DNA from: Rhizaria sp. SCN 62-66
Lineage: Eukaryota
Direction of reading: 5' to 3'
Length of the DNA: 64,000 bases
NCBI GenBank assembly: GCA_001724265.1
Contig: MEDY01000009.1
Span: 124,001 to 188,000, forward strand
Positions 47,694 to 59,600 of this stretch are shown here, piece by piece (the first letter of the stretch is position 1; each line of letters starts with the position of its first letter). Under the pieces are notes generated by a model, which worked only from the letters and a program-made list of their open reading frames with translations, searched no databases and was not told the DNA's origin. The position numbers and the translations under genes were made by a program.

Positions 47694-49274
47694 TTACTCG
47701 TCAAGCTCGGCGCAGTGCGCTGTGGCGACGCGGAGCTCCTGCGTGGAGAGCTCACGGTCGGTGTGGCTCGCAGCGACGCGCACGGACTCGATGAGCGACA
47801 GCGCGGGCGTGTAGCTGATGTCCGTCTCGAGCAGGATGCCGCTGTCGATGGGCTTGAGCACAGTGTTGGCGAAGCCGAAGCCGGGCGGCGAGAGGATCGG
47901 GATGCCGTCCGCGAAGATCGCGTTGAACGCGGGCAGGATGACGTCATTGATGGTCTGCTGCAGCAGCGCGTTGAAGAGCGCCAGGTCGACGTCGCCGACG
48001 GAGGACTTCTCGACCGTGAAGGCGGGCTTGACACCCGACAGCACGATGAAGATGGTCGGCGGCTCCGGAGGGGCGGTGGTGACGGTGACGCTGCCGCCGG
48101 CCTTGAGGTCGACGATGATGTCGAACACGTGCGTGTCCTCCTCGGGGGTCTTGCCCGCGACGAAGGCGCTGAGGCGCGTGAGCGAGTCCCACGCAATGCC
48201 GTTGGCAGCAGTGATGGCAACGTTGGACTCGCGGACGCCGCGGAAGCGGTACGTCATCTGCGCGTTGGGGTACTTGAGCGGGAGCCCGGGGACGATGAGC
48301 GCGTACCCGTTGGTGTTAAAGCCGAGCGGGAAAAGCTTGGGGTGCTCGGCCTCGGTGTAGTAGCGCGCGCCGATGCCCGACGCGTAGTGCACGTGCAGCG
48401 CAGAATTGACCACGAATGACGACACGACGAACGACAGCATGCGCGTCGAGGGTGTGTACGGGACCGTGGGACGCGGGGTGGCGCCGTCGGACTTGTTGGT
48501 GGCGACGGGGTAGACCTCGCCGTTGAGCGGGGCGACAATGAGCCCGTTGTTAAAGACCATGTTGGAGGTGAGTGAGTAGTCGATGGTCCCCCACTTGCCG
48601 AAGCGGCCGCGGAAGGTCATCTGGTTGATGATCTTGTCCGAGGCGTTGTTGACGGCGTTGACGATGCCGTTCTTAACAAAGTCGACGATGAGGTTGCGGA
48701 TCTTGCTCTTGAAGAGCTTGATGACGAGGTTGTAGAGCCAGGAGAAGAGCGAACCGTGGGTCTTGATCTTGACCTCGTTGATCTCGACCGTCAGGCCCGA
48801 GAGCTTAACGACGGGCTTGAGGCCCGTGGGCGTCTGGATGGTCGAGACGGTGAAGGCGCCACCGATGTCGCCCGCGTGGAGGTTGGCCTCGAGCCAGCCG
48901 CTGCCACGGGGAATCCACGGGATCTTCTTTTTCTTGTACTTCCAGTCGAGCGTGGTCTTGATGACCGTGTCACGGATGTCGACGCGCAGCACGCCGTTGG
49001 TGGCCACGTCGATCGACCGGATATCGAGCTGCTTCAGCTTGAAGTTGGACAGCTTGTAGTAAAAGCCAGACTCCTTGCCCTCGACGGTGGGCACGACGAT
49101 CTTCTTCATCTCGTCCAGGATCGGGGGGTAGACCTGGTTGACGATGCTCTGCACGGCGTCGCGCGAGACGGAGCCGTACGCGCCAGGCTCCAGCGCGCTC
49201 GCCGGGCCGACGAACGACATAGCGAACATGGCGGCCACAGCAGCAAGAGCTACAAGAGCCCGCTTCATGACCAT
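47694..49274 (-). CDS. Secreted LBP/BPI/CETP-family (TULIP) lipid/LPS-binding protein, 526 aa
   Basis: Signal peptide MKRALVALAAVAAMFAMSFVGPASA|LEPG; basic hairpin DWKYKKKKIPWIPRGSG; HGSLFSWLYNLVIKLFKSKIR; IDYSLT; RMLSFVVSSFVVNSA; VPGLPLKYPN; ILPAFNAIFADGIPI. Two-domain length typical of BPI/LBP. Confidence 0.9.
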   Translation of the reverse strand: MVMKRALVALAAVAAMFAMSFVGPASALEPGAYGSVSRDAVQSIVNQVYPPILDEMKKIVVPTVEGKESGFYYKLSNFKLKQLDIRSIDVATNGVLRVDIRDTVIKTTLDWKYKKKKIPWIPRGSGWLEANLHAGDIGGAFTVSTIQTPTGLKPVVKLSGLTVEINEVKIKTHGSLFSWLYNLVIKLFKSKIRNLIVDFVKNGIVNAVNNASDKIINQMTFRGRFGKWGTIDYSLTSNMVFNNGLIVAPLNGEVYPVATNKSDGATPRPTVPYTPSTRMLSFVVSSFVVNSALHVHYASGIGARYYTEAEHPKLFPLGFNTNGYALIVPGLPLKYPNAQMTYRFRGVRESNVAITAANGIAWDSLTRLSAFVAGKTPEEDTHVFDIIVDLKAGGSVTVTTAPPEPPTIFIVLSGVKPAFTVEKSSVGDVDLALFNALLQQTINDVILPAFNAIFADGIPILSPPGFGFANTVLKPIDSGILLETDISYTPALSLIESVRVAASHTDRELSTQELRVATAHCAELDE

Positions 49275-50206
49275 CTGTGGTGTGGTGTTAGTGGGGGACA
49301 GACAGGTTGAGAGGAGGAGGGTGTGGTGTAGGCACACGTTACATGACCGGAGTGTGAGAGGAAGGCTGAGATGGAAACCATCACAAGGAGATTTTGCGAT
49401 GAAGCCAAATGAGGTAAATGTGTAGCATGCAATACTTTTGGATTTGGACATAAAACGTGTAAAAACACGTTGTAGATGACATAAATGCGACTCGACGAAG
49501 GGAGGGCGACGTCGTCGTCATTCCCAGGGTCGAGAACTGAAATGCCGTCTACGAGCACACCACCATCACCGTTGCATGCATAATTAAACAAAAATGCTCG
49601 ACTTGCATCTAGTCAGCCCCATGACAAACTATTATTACTCCACTGGGCTGAAGCCTTTGAGCTGGGCAATGCTGCATGTCTCCTTTGAGGAGTGTGCCCT
49701 CAATCTACGATCTCTCCCGGCCGAATTTTACCGAACAGCCAGTCGCCCGCCCGCCCGCGGTCGAGCAGTACGATAACCGCTGAAGGATTCAAACGTCGCG
49801 AGGATTTTTGATGTTTATCTCTTATCAATTAGAACTTAGATTGAAATATATGATGAATCACGAGGGAATCTATGCCTGGGCCTGTTAACTTTTCCTTTGA
49901 CGATGGTGCGGGGTCTAGCCATATGTCCAGTTTTTGATGGCCTCGGTGGCATGAGATGCGCTTCTGCAGTTCACTTCGGCTCTGCCCAGCAGCCAACACA
50001 CCTGCATGCAACTCTGATGACGCGCATATCAACTTTTTCTTTAAGCTGTTCTTGCTAACCACACTACATTCTATACTACTTGCGTTCTTGCTGACTTGCA
50101 TCAGGTACTTTCCTCTCCTCTGACAAGCTCGCGCCCGCTATCGCACGCGCCTCCCCCTGTCTCCTTACCCCGTTCTTGCCTCCGCTCCCGCGGCGCAGCT
50201 TCCCGG

Positions 50207-53200
50207 ATGCCTCCGCGCCGCGCCGCTGCCCCCGAGGCCGCCCCGCGCGCCCCCGCGGCGTCGCTGCTGCAGCAACAACAGCAGCACGCCGGCTCCGCGT
50301 CGCTCGCCATCGCGGCTGCCAACCCGGCCGCCGCCTTCAGCCTCTACCACGCCGCACGTCACGGCTACAACCACCAGGCCGCTGCGGCCGCCGCCGCGGC
50401 CGCCGGCGCGCTCGCGGGGCCCGGCGCGCCCTCCGCCGCGCCCGCGTCGGGCCCCCTGCTCGTGTCGGCGTCGCGCATCGCCACCACCACGGGCCCTACC
50501 TCGCGCTCCGCCGCCTCCGCCGCCTCCGCTGCCGCCGCTCCCGCTGCTGCTGCTTCGGACGGCGCTGGCGCCGCGCCCGCGGGCCCCGCGGCGACGAACC
50601 CGCTGCTGTTCGCGCCGGCGTCGTCGGTGCAGGCGGCCGAAGACATGCCCGTGCGCCGCGGGCCCGCCCCCGCGGCAACCGCGGCCACGACGCTGGCGCG
50701 CCACTCGGCCGCGTCGGCCGCCGCCGTCGCCGTCTCCACGACCACGGCCACCGACTCACCTTACGCGCCCATCAGCCCCAGCGCCGGCGCCGGCGCCGGC
50801 TCTAGCACGAGCGCGGGCCTGAGTGGGAGCAGACAGCCCACCGCCCACGCCGCCGTTGCGCTGCCCACCACGGCCGTCGCTGCACCTGTACCAGCAGCGG
50901 CGGCCTCTGCGTCCGCGGCGGTGTCTGGGGCTGGGTGGCGACACAGCGCGCCCTCGCGCACCGCTACTGCCTCCGCCTCGGCGATCAACAATAACAACAA
51001 CAATAGCACGGCCAACGCGGCGGCGGCCGCTGCCGGTGTTACCGCGGGCGGCCCCTACATCCTTGCCGCGCCGTCGTCGACGCTGGCGCCTGCGTCGGCC
51101 GGGCTGGCGCTACGCGTGCCCGCACGCAGGCTCCTCGCCGGCGCCGCTCTCAATAGCGGCGCCGGCGCGCAGACGGGCACTATCGCCACTGGCAGCGCCG
51201 CCGCCGCCGCGGCTGCCGCCGCGGCCGCTGCCGCCGCCGTGGCCGCGGCCGTGGCCGCCGCAACCGGTGGCAGCGGCAGCAGCAGCGCCGCCCCCGCGTT
51301 TCTCACGATCTCCCGCCCTCACGCCGCCAACCACGGCAGCAGCAGCACGACGCTGTCGCACTCGAGCTCGGGCTCTCACACAGGATCTAATCCTAGTGCG
51401 ATGAGCGCGAGCTCTAGCGCGGTGGCGGCGGTGGCGGGCCCTCACGGCGTCGCGTCGCCGGGCCGCCGCGTGCGCCTCTCGACCGGCCCCGGCTCGAGCG
51501 CCAGCTCGATCCCCTCGGGCGCCACCGCGGGCGCCGGGCTGACTGTGAGCGGGCATCGCAGCTCCGGCCTCGGCAGCGGCGCGGTGCCCGGCGAGCTCCC
51601 CGCACTCTACAGCGGCGGCAGCAGCAGCAGCAGCGGCGCCGTCGCAGGCAGCGGTTCGACGCGTTGGGTGCGGCGCGTGGCCAACGTCGCCGCGGCCGCG
51701 CACGGCACCCACCTCCAGAGCGACAGTCAAACCAGCAGCAGCAGCAGTGGCAGTGGCCGCGCCGGCATTGCGGCCGGCGCGGCGACGACGACGCCCGCGG
51801 CCGGCGGCGCAATGGCCTACGTCAGCGCCGCCGCCACCGCCGCTGCCGCTGGCTCTGGTGCTGGCGCTGGCTCTGCCGCAGCGTCGACGTCAGACGCGGC
51901 TGCGGCGGCCCACGAAGGCCTGCTGCCGCCGCTGGCGTCGCGGTCGACGTCGCGGTCGGCGTCGCGCGCGGATGACCACGCCGCTGCTGCCTCCGACGTC
52001 GACGAGAACAACAACATCAACAACGATGACGGAGATCACTCCGTTGCTGAGGAGGCCGACAGCAGTCCTTACGCCAGTGCCGAGGCCGAGTCCGAGTCCA
52101 AGACCGAGACAGACTCCACCGAGGCCGCCGCGAGCCCTGAGGTAACCGACAGTGTTGACGCCGCCCCTAGCGCCGACGCCGCCGCTAGCCCTGAGATTCG
52201 CGGGCCTGAGCCCGAGGACGAGCCCAAGGTTTCGGCTGCGACCACCACTGAGGTGGACTACGACGAGACCAGCGGGGCCAAGGCTGCGGCTGAGCCTGAG
52301 GCTGAGTCTATGGCCAGTCCGGTCGCCGACACTGACGCTGATGCGGCCTCCAATTCCCCCGTCGCTGACGCAGACAACAACGCCGACGCTAATGACGCCG
52401 AGACCGAGGCCAAGAGCAACGTCGTGCCCGCTGCCGCCTCCTCAGCGACTCCATCCACTGCGGCTGCGACGGGGCCGTCTGCCGCGGCCGTGGCGGCGTT
52501 GGGCGCGGCGTTGCGCGCCGAGCTGGCCGCCGAGAAGGCCCGCCTCGCGCGCGTCTCGGACGCGGGTTTCGGCGCCGCACTGCCCGCCTCGGTCTCCGCC
52601 GCGGTGCTGCCGACCGCCGGCGCCGCTCAGAACCAGCAGACACTGCAGTCGCAGCCGGCGCAGGCGCAGGCGCAGGCGAGCACGCCGCAGAGCTCGCTGC
52701 GGCCGCGGCTGCAGCCTGCTCACGGGCACGGGCACGGACAGGGGGGCGCGCTGTCGGTCTCTGCGCACCCGCAGTCGCAGCCAGCGTCGCAGCCGCCGTC
52801 TGAGGCGCCCACCCCGCATTCCGCTGACTCACACGCACATTTGCAGCAACAACAACAGCTCGGCGGCAGCCAGGCGAGCTCGACGCACTCGACGCACTCG
52901 CACGCGGCGTTCGTGCCGCCGCCGCTGCCGGAGCCGCAGTCCAGCAAGAGTACCGACGGCGTGCCTCAGAACGCAGCGGGTAAGCGCGACTCTGTGAGCG
53001 AGCTGCGCGTGCTCACCGAGGAGGGCGACGACCGCCCTTCCCCGCTCGTGCGCGCCGCCGCCGCGGGCACGGGCGCCACGTCGACCACCTCAAGCTCTGC
53101 TGCCGCGAGCGCGGCGGGCGTGACTGGGGGCCGGCCGCTCACGTCGTCGTCCGCTGCGTCCTCCGCCGGGTCCACCGCGGCCGGCCCCACCACCCCAGGC

Positions 53201-53631
53201 CCCGCGTCGACGGCGGGCGCGGGCGCGGCGATGGGCGGCGACGAGACGCCCGTGTTGTCGCCCGCGCTGCGCCGGTCGGCGACGGTGCTGCCGCACATGA
53301 CGGCCTACCCGCCGACGCCGCGCGTGGGCCCCAATCAGCCCAATCAGCCCACTCAGCCCAATCAGCCCGCCGCTGCCGGTGTGGGCGCGAAGCCCCAACA
53401 GCACCCGCAAACGGCCGCGGGCACGCGCCCCCCGCTGCCCCCTTCGCAGCAGCAACAACAACAGCACCAGGGCATGGGTCTGTCGGTCCAGGGCCTCGGC
53501 ACCGGCAGTGCAAACAGTGCGAGTGGTGGCAACACGATGATCAGCGTTAGTGCTGGCCGCCAGCGCAGCTCGAGCTCGTTCGGCCCGTCCGCGACCCTCG
53601 CCTCTGGCCCCGCTGCGACTGCGGCTGCCCC

Positions 53632-53667
<36 letters not shown>

Positions 53668-56600
53668 AGCGGCGGCGTCGCCAGCGCTCGCGGCCAAGTC
53701 CCCGCAGTTGCACCTGCGCGGCTCTGCGCAGCCTCCGTCTTCGTCGTCATCGTCTTCGGTCGCAGCGTCTGCGACCGCAGCGAGCGCAGGCGCGGGCTCC
53801 GGCGCGCAGCCGCAGTCCCCGGGCAAGCGCGCGAGCACCCTCGGCGTCGCCGGGAACCGCGCCAGCAACACCTTCACTGGCGGCGTGGGCGCTGGCGTCG
53901 CGGCCGCCGCCGCCGCCGCGATCGGTGCACGCGGCACCGGGCCCAGCGAGTCGCCGCGGCTCGACGGGCTCAAGCGGCGCTCGTCGCTGGACCTCACCGA
54001 GGCGGCCGACATGGCCGAGCTGGAGGCCGCTCTGCACGCACCCGGCCGCGGAAGCAGCGGCAACAGCGGCGACGGCGGCGACGGCAGCGCGGAGGACATG
54101 GATCCCGACACCGAGGCCGCCAACGCGGCGCGCGCGGTGCCCCTGCCGCATCTCTCATGGCCTTCGGCGCTGCACGCGCTCGCCGCGGCGCCCCACGCCT
54201 CCGCGGCCACCGCCGCCGCCGCCGCCGCCGCGCCTGGCGCCGCGCGCCACAGCAACAGCACGCTGCGCGCGGGCGGCGACTGGTTCCTGCTCGCGGCCGC
54301 CGCCTCCGCGGGCGCCGCGCCGCCGCGCACGCACTCGCTGGCGGCGCAGCTGCTGCCCGAGCAGCTGGAGCTGGCCTTCACGCCGCTGACGGTGTCGGCG
54401 CGCGACCTGCCGACGGGCTGCGACGACGGCGACGACGTGGCCGCGCTGGCGCAGGCCGTGCGTGCAGCCATCGTCTCCGCGGTGCACATCGCGGCGCACG
54501 CGGCCGACGCCGACGCCGCGCCCGCGCCCGCGATCCCGGCCTTCGCGCTCGTCAGCGGTGTCGGCCACGGCGCGGGCAGCGCGGGCAACGCGTCAGTGCC
54601 ACGCAGCGCCCGCGGCAGCGCGCGGCCGAGCGCGGCGGACCAGTCGTTCGACTACCCGTCGTACACGGTCAACCGCTACGCAGAGCCCTCGCAGCCCGCC
54701 GCCGCGGCCGCTGCGCTGGCGAGCGACCCGTTTGCGGCGCTCACGGCCGCGGCGCGCGCGCGGTGGGCGTGGCAGCGGCTGCCGGCGCCCGCGCGCGCGC
54801 TGGTGCCCGTGCCGGCCAAGGCGGAGCGCGACCTCGACAACGCCGTGATGCCGCTGCGCGCGCGCCTGCTGTGCCACGCCGCCGCCGTACGCGCCTCCGC
54901 CGCCGCGTCCGCCGCCGCTGGCTCCGACTCGGACTCTGACAGCGAACACGCGCAGCAGCAGCAACAGCAACAACAGCAGCTGAACCGCCGCGGGTCTGCG
55001 GCCGGCAAGAACTCGCTCGCGCTGCCGGCCCCTTCGCCGTCGCCGCAGCCCTTCGGCCACGGACGCTCGGGCAACGCCGGCACCGTCGAGTTCCCGGCAG
55101 ACTTTTTCGGCCCCGCGCCGAGCCCGCTGGACGTGTACTCGCTGCTGGCGGACGGCGACTCGGCGCTGGGCCCTTCGGCGACGCCCGCCGCCGTGGCCGC
55201 CGCGGCCTCAGCGTCGGCGCAGGGCCAGGCGCGCGGCTCGCGCTGGCAATACCCCACGCTAGCCGCGCACCGCAAGGCGTGGGAGCGGCCGCTGGGCGCC
55301 GAGACGCTACCGCTGGATCCGGTCTCGCAGTCGCGTGCGCTGTGGGCGCTGGCCGCCGAGGGCATGGTCGCGGCCGAGCGCGACGGGCTACCCGGGCTCG
55401 TCGGGCGCCTCGTCTGGGGGCTGCGCGGGCGCTTCCGCGGGCTGACGGAGATGACCTGGGCTGATGTGCGCCAGCACTTCGCACCGCAGCCGCACCCGCC
55501 GCCGCAGGCGCCCGCGCAGGGCCAGGGCCAGGGCCAGCAGGTCGGTGCGGACGGCGCGGCCAAGGTGCGCAAGACTGTCAGCATCGTCGAGGGCGACCGC
55601 GACCGTGGCGATCAGCAGAATCAAGAGCAACAGCAGCAACAGGGCGGGCGCGAGCGTCCGGCGTCGGCTGCCGACGACGCTGCGAACGGCTCCGACGGCG
55701 CGGGACAGACTCGTGGCCGCAGCCGCAGCGACGCGCCGCCCCCGGCCCCCAACGGTTCTGCCACCGCCTCCGGCCCGGCTGCGGGCCCCGGCGCGCGCCG
55801 CGGCAGCCTCTCGCGCCCGCGCTCCGGCGGTGACGCCGCGTTCCGTGGCCCCGCCTCCGCGGCCGGCCCCGACGGCAAGACCGCGGCCGCGCACACCGCC
55901 GCGGGCCCCCACGGCGGCGGCGGCGAGCGCAAGCGGTCCTCGAGCGCGCTGGGCATGCGCGGCGGCAGCGCGGGCCGCCACGGACCCAGCGCGGCGAGCG
56001 TGGCCGCCAACGCGCGCGCGCACACTGCGCAGGACTTCGTGTCGGCTCTCTTCGCGCTGCCGCCGCCCGCTGCCGCGGCCACGGGCGTCGCGAGCAAGCA
56101 CATGTCGGTCGCGGCGACCGAGTTCCTCCCGCTGCGCCCGCTCCCCGCAAGCACGGCGGTCGTGACTGCTGCCGAGGTCAACGCCAGCGGCGACAGCGAC
56201 GCGGCGAGCGCGGCCGCGGGCGAGAGCGCCGGCGACTTCTACGTCGGCGGCGCCCCCAGTGGCCTTTTCCCCGGCCTCGTCTCGGCGCCGTCGCTGCTGG
56301 CGTCGTCGCGCGCGCTGCGCTACACGGCGACGCAGGTGCCTGCCTTGCTGGCCAACGCGGCGTTCCAGGCCGCCAACACGGCCAGCAGCGCGTCCTTCGG
56401 GCAGGGGCCCGCGCTCCCGGGCTCCGCGGCCGGCGCGGGCGGCGCGACGCCCCTGGTGTCGTCCTCGGACGCTCCCGGCGGGCTCAGTCTGCCCTCGGCG
56501 CCCGTCTTCGGCGCCGCCGCCTCCGCCGCCGCGGGCTCTATCCTCTTCCTCAGCGCCGGATACGACGCGCGCTCGCTGCCCGCGGGCGCCGCGCGCGTCG

Positions 56601-59600
56601 AGACCTCGCCGTTGCCGGCGCTGGGACCCTTCCCTCTCACCGCGCCTGCCTCGGGCACAGCGGGGGCAGGGGGCCACGCCACGGCCGCGCTGACCGCGGC
56701 GCCTGTGCCCGGCACGCCCGCGCTGGGCCCGCAGTCCTCGGCGGCCTCCTCGGGCGCCGCCACCCCGCAGGTGTCGGCGGCGGCGGCGCCGGGCGCGGGC
56801 GGCTGGTCCCCCGCGGCCGTCGCGCTCGCAGCCGCCGTGCTCTTCGGCGGCAGCGAGATGCCCAGCGGCGACCTATACCTGTCCTCCGGCACCACCACGC
56901 TCGCGGTCCGCGAGAACACCGTCCTGTTGCTGCTGCGCCGCGCTTCGCTCGCCGCCGCGCACGCGCTCATGCGCGCATCGTCGTCCTCGTCCTCGTCATC
57001 CTCGACGCACTCTTCTCACGCAGCGCAGGCGCAGCAGCACGCGGGCTCGCTGTCCCTGGTCCGCGGCCCGCTCGCCGCCGTCGCCGCGCTGCTGCACCCG
57101 ACCGCGGCGCGCGCGTCGCGCTCGTTCCTGACGCTGGCCTCCGCGCCCGCGGCCGCGCTCTCGGCCGCGCTGGCGCCGCTGGCCGCCGGCGCGGGCGCCC
57201 CCGCGCTCACGGCCGCGTCCGCGCTGCAGTGCGCGCTCACCATCGCCGCCGTTCCGCGCCCGCTGCGCTCCGCCCCCGCCGCGTCGGGTCGTCCTGACTC
57301 GCGGGGTCATCCGGCCAATGGCTCCCAGATCAAGGCCGGCGGCAACAGCGGGCACACGGCGCGCTTCCTCGCTGCCGGCACGCGCGCCGCGCAGATCGCC
57401 GCCGCGATCGCCGACTCGGCGCGGCTCTGCGACGCGCCCACGCCGCTGCTGGCTTCGCTGCCGGCGCTCGCGCTGGCCGGAGCGGCGTTGCCCACGAGCG
57501 CGAGTCTGTCGGCGGCGGGCGTCGCACCCGTGGACCTGTCGCAGGCGCTGCTGCTGGCGCACGGCCACCGCGAAGGTGAGGCGCGCGATGCCGCGCTGCT
57601 CACCGCGCACGACCTCTTCTCGCGCGCCGCCGCGGCGGCCGCCAAGGCCATCGTCAAGGAGCTGCACGTGTCGCCTGCGGCCAAGGCCGTCAAGCGCGCG
57701 CCGGCGCCGCTGCTGGGCCAGTCGGCGCGCTACTACACTGCGCACGGGCTCTTCCTACGCCGCGCTGCCGACGTCCTGCTGGAGAAGGCGCCCCCGCTTC
57801 ACCACTATGGCGGGCCTGAGGCCGACGACGCCGCCGCGGCGCGCGCGCTGGGCGCCGAGCTCTCCGCCGTGTCCCGTGTGTACGCGCTCGCGCACGCATC
57901 ACGCGCGCCCGTGGCCGTGCCGCCCGTGGTGCTGGTCGACTTCGCGGGCCACCGCATCCTCGCGCAGCCCGCGGTGGGGCCCGAGCGCTCCTTCGCGGCG
58001 CCCGCGGCGCACGACCCGCGCGCGGCGGCCGACGCGGCGACGGCGGCGCTGCTGGGCCAGCCGGCCGCCCTCAACCTTGTCTCTGGCTCGGCCGACAACG
58101 GCGACACGGTGATGAACAATGACGTCATCTTCGCGCAGCTCGCGGCGTCGCTAGCCGCGGCGCTGCACTTGGCCCCGCACGCTGTGGGCGCGCCCGCCGG
58201 GTCCGCAGGGTGCCGAGTGCTGGCGCTGCCCGGCGACGCCAAGGGTTACGCGCTCGAGGGCCCTGTCGCGGGCGGGCTTGCCGATGACGGCTCCGAGCCC
58301 ACCGCCACGCACGGCTCGCTTGCCGCTGTCTCCGCGCAACAGCAACAACAGCAACTGCAACAGCAGCAGGGCGCGCTGGTTCCCGCGAGCCGGCGCGCGC
58401 CGGCGGGCGAGGCCATGGCGGCCGCGGTGAGCGCCAACGGCGGGCAGCGGCTCGCGGGCACGGTGCGCGTGATGACGCCGACGCAGGCGGCGCGCATCTT
58501 CATGACGTGGCTCTCGCAGCGCTCGCTGCCGCCGACGGCGACGCACGTGCTGCTGTCGCTCACCCGCCTCATGCCGCCCGAGTCGCCGCTCTTCACCAAG
58601 CACCTACCGGCGAACCCCCAGTCGGTGTTCCACCGGCACCTGCGACCCGAGCTGCTGCTGCACCTGCGCCGCGCGCGCCTGCTGCCGCCGCTGTCCTCGG
58701 ACGCGCTCACGGCCTGGGGCACGCACTCGCACCCCGCGCTGAACCGCACCGCGCACCGCGCCGCGCGCGTGCTTATCGAGTCGCGCGTCGGCGAGCTGGC
58801 GCGCCACCTGGACGCGCTGCACCGCCGCTCGCTGCCCTGCATGCCGCGCCTCGCTGAAGACCTGCTGCGCGCGCGGCCCACGGTCGCGCCGCCGCTCGTC
58901 GCGCGATGGCTCATCGAGAGCGTCGTCATGGGGTTGCCGCGCGCCGTGCGCCGCGCGGGCCGCCGGCTCTACGAGCACGTTTTCCGCCCCGTGCTCTCCG
59001 CCCCGGTCAACCCCGCCGCCGCCGCGGCCGCCGCAGCCGCCGCGGGGACCACGGGCCGCAACGCTGCCGCCGCCGCGGCCGCCGCCGCCGCTGCCGCCGC
59101 GGTGTCCGCGCCAGGCGCCGTTCAGTGGCACGTGCTGGGCGACCTGCTGGACTTCTCGTCGGACGAGGCCGCGGCGGGCGGCTGCACGGGCCAGACGCCG
59201 GACCAGCGCGAGGCCGCGATCGAGGTGCAGCTGGGCTTCTGGGCGCGCGTGTACCGCCACCACGGGCTTGAGCTGCCCGCATACACACAGGCTTGGCGCC
59301 GGCCCTGGCTGCGCTACGCCAACGTCGAGCGCGTCGCGCACTCGTTCGGCGTCTCGCTGCGCCACTTGCAGCTCGTGCGCGCCGCCGCGGCCGAGCCCGC
59401 TGTCAAGACGCGCCTCCTCTTCGAGATGACGCTGCGTACGTGGAAGACGGTCTGGCGCGCGCGCATGCGCGACGCGCTGCGCAACGCGCACGCCGACCTG
59501 CGCTCGCGTGCCAAGGACTCTGCGCAGGCGGCGCGCGCGCACGGCGTGCCGGTGGCGAAGCCGCTGACACCGCAACAGGAGCAGCAACGCGCCGAAGCCG

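Noticed and set aside
41930-49451. ORF-track N-terminal extensions of PTH2, aminopeptidase exons and LBP/BPI (hydrophobic FFFLF-type stretches)
   Set aside because: These are translations of intron or upstream pyrimidine tracts, not signal peptides or TM helices.
49715-50020. GC-rich patch followed by Sm-site-like ATTTTTG and a C-box-like ATGATGA
   Set aside because: No convincing snRNA, SL RNA or snoRNA structure by eye; such short motifs are expected by chance. An Infernal/Rfam scan would settle it.
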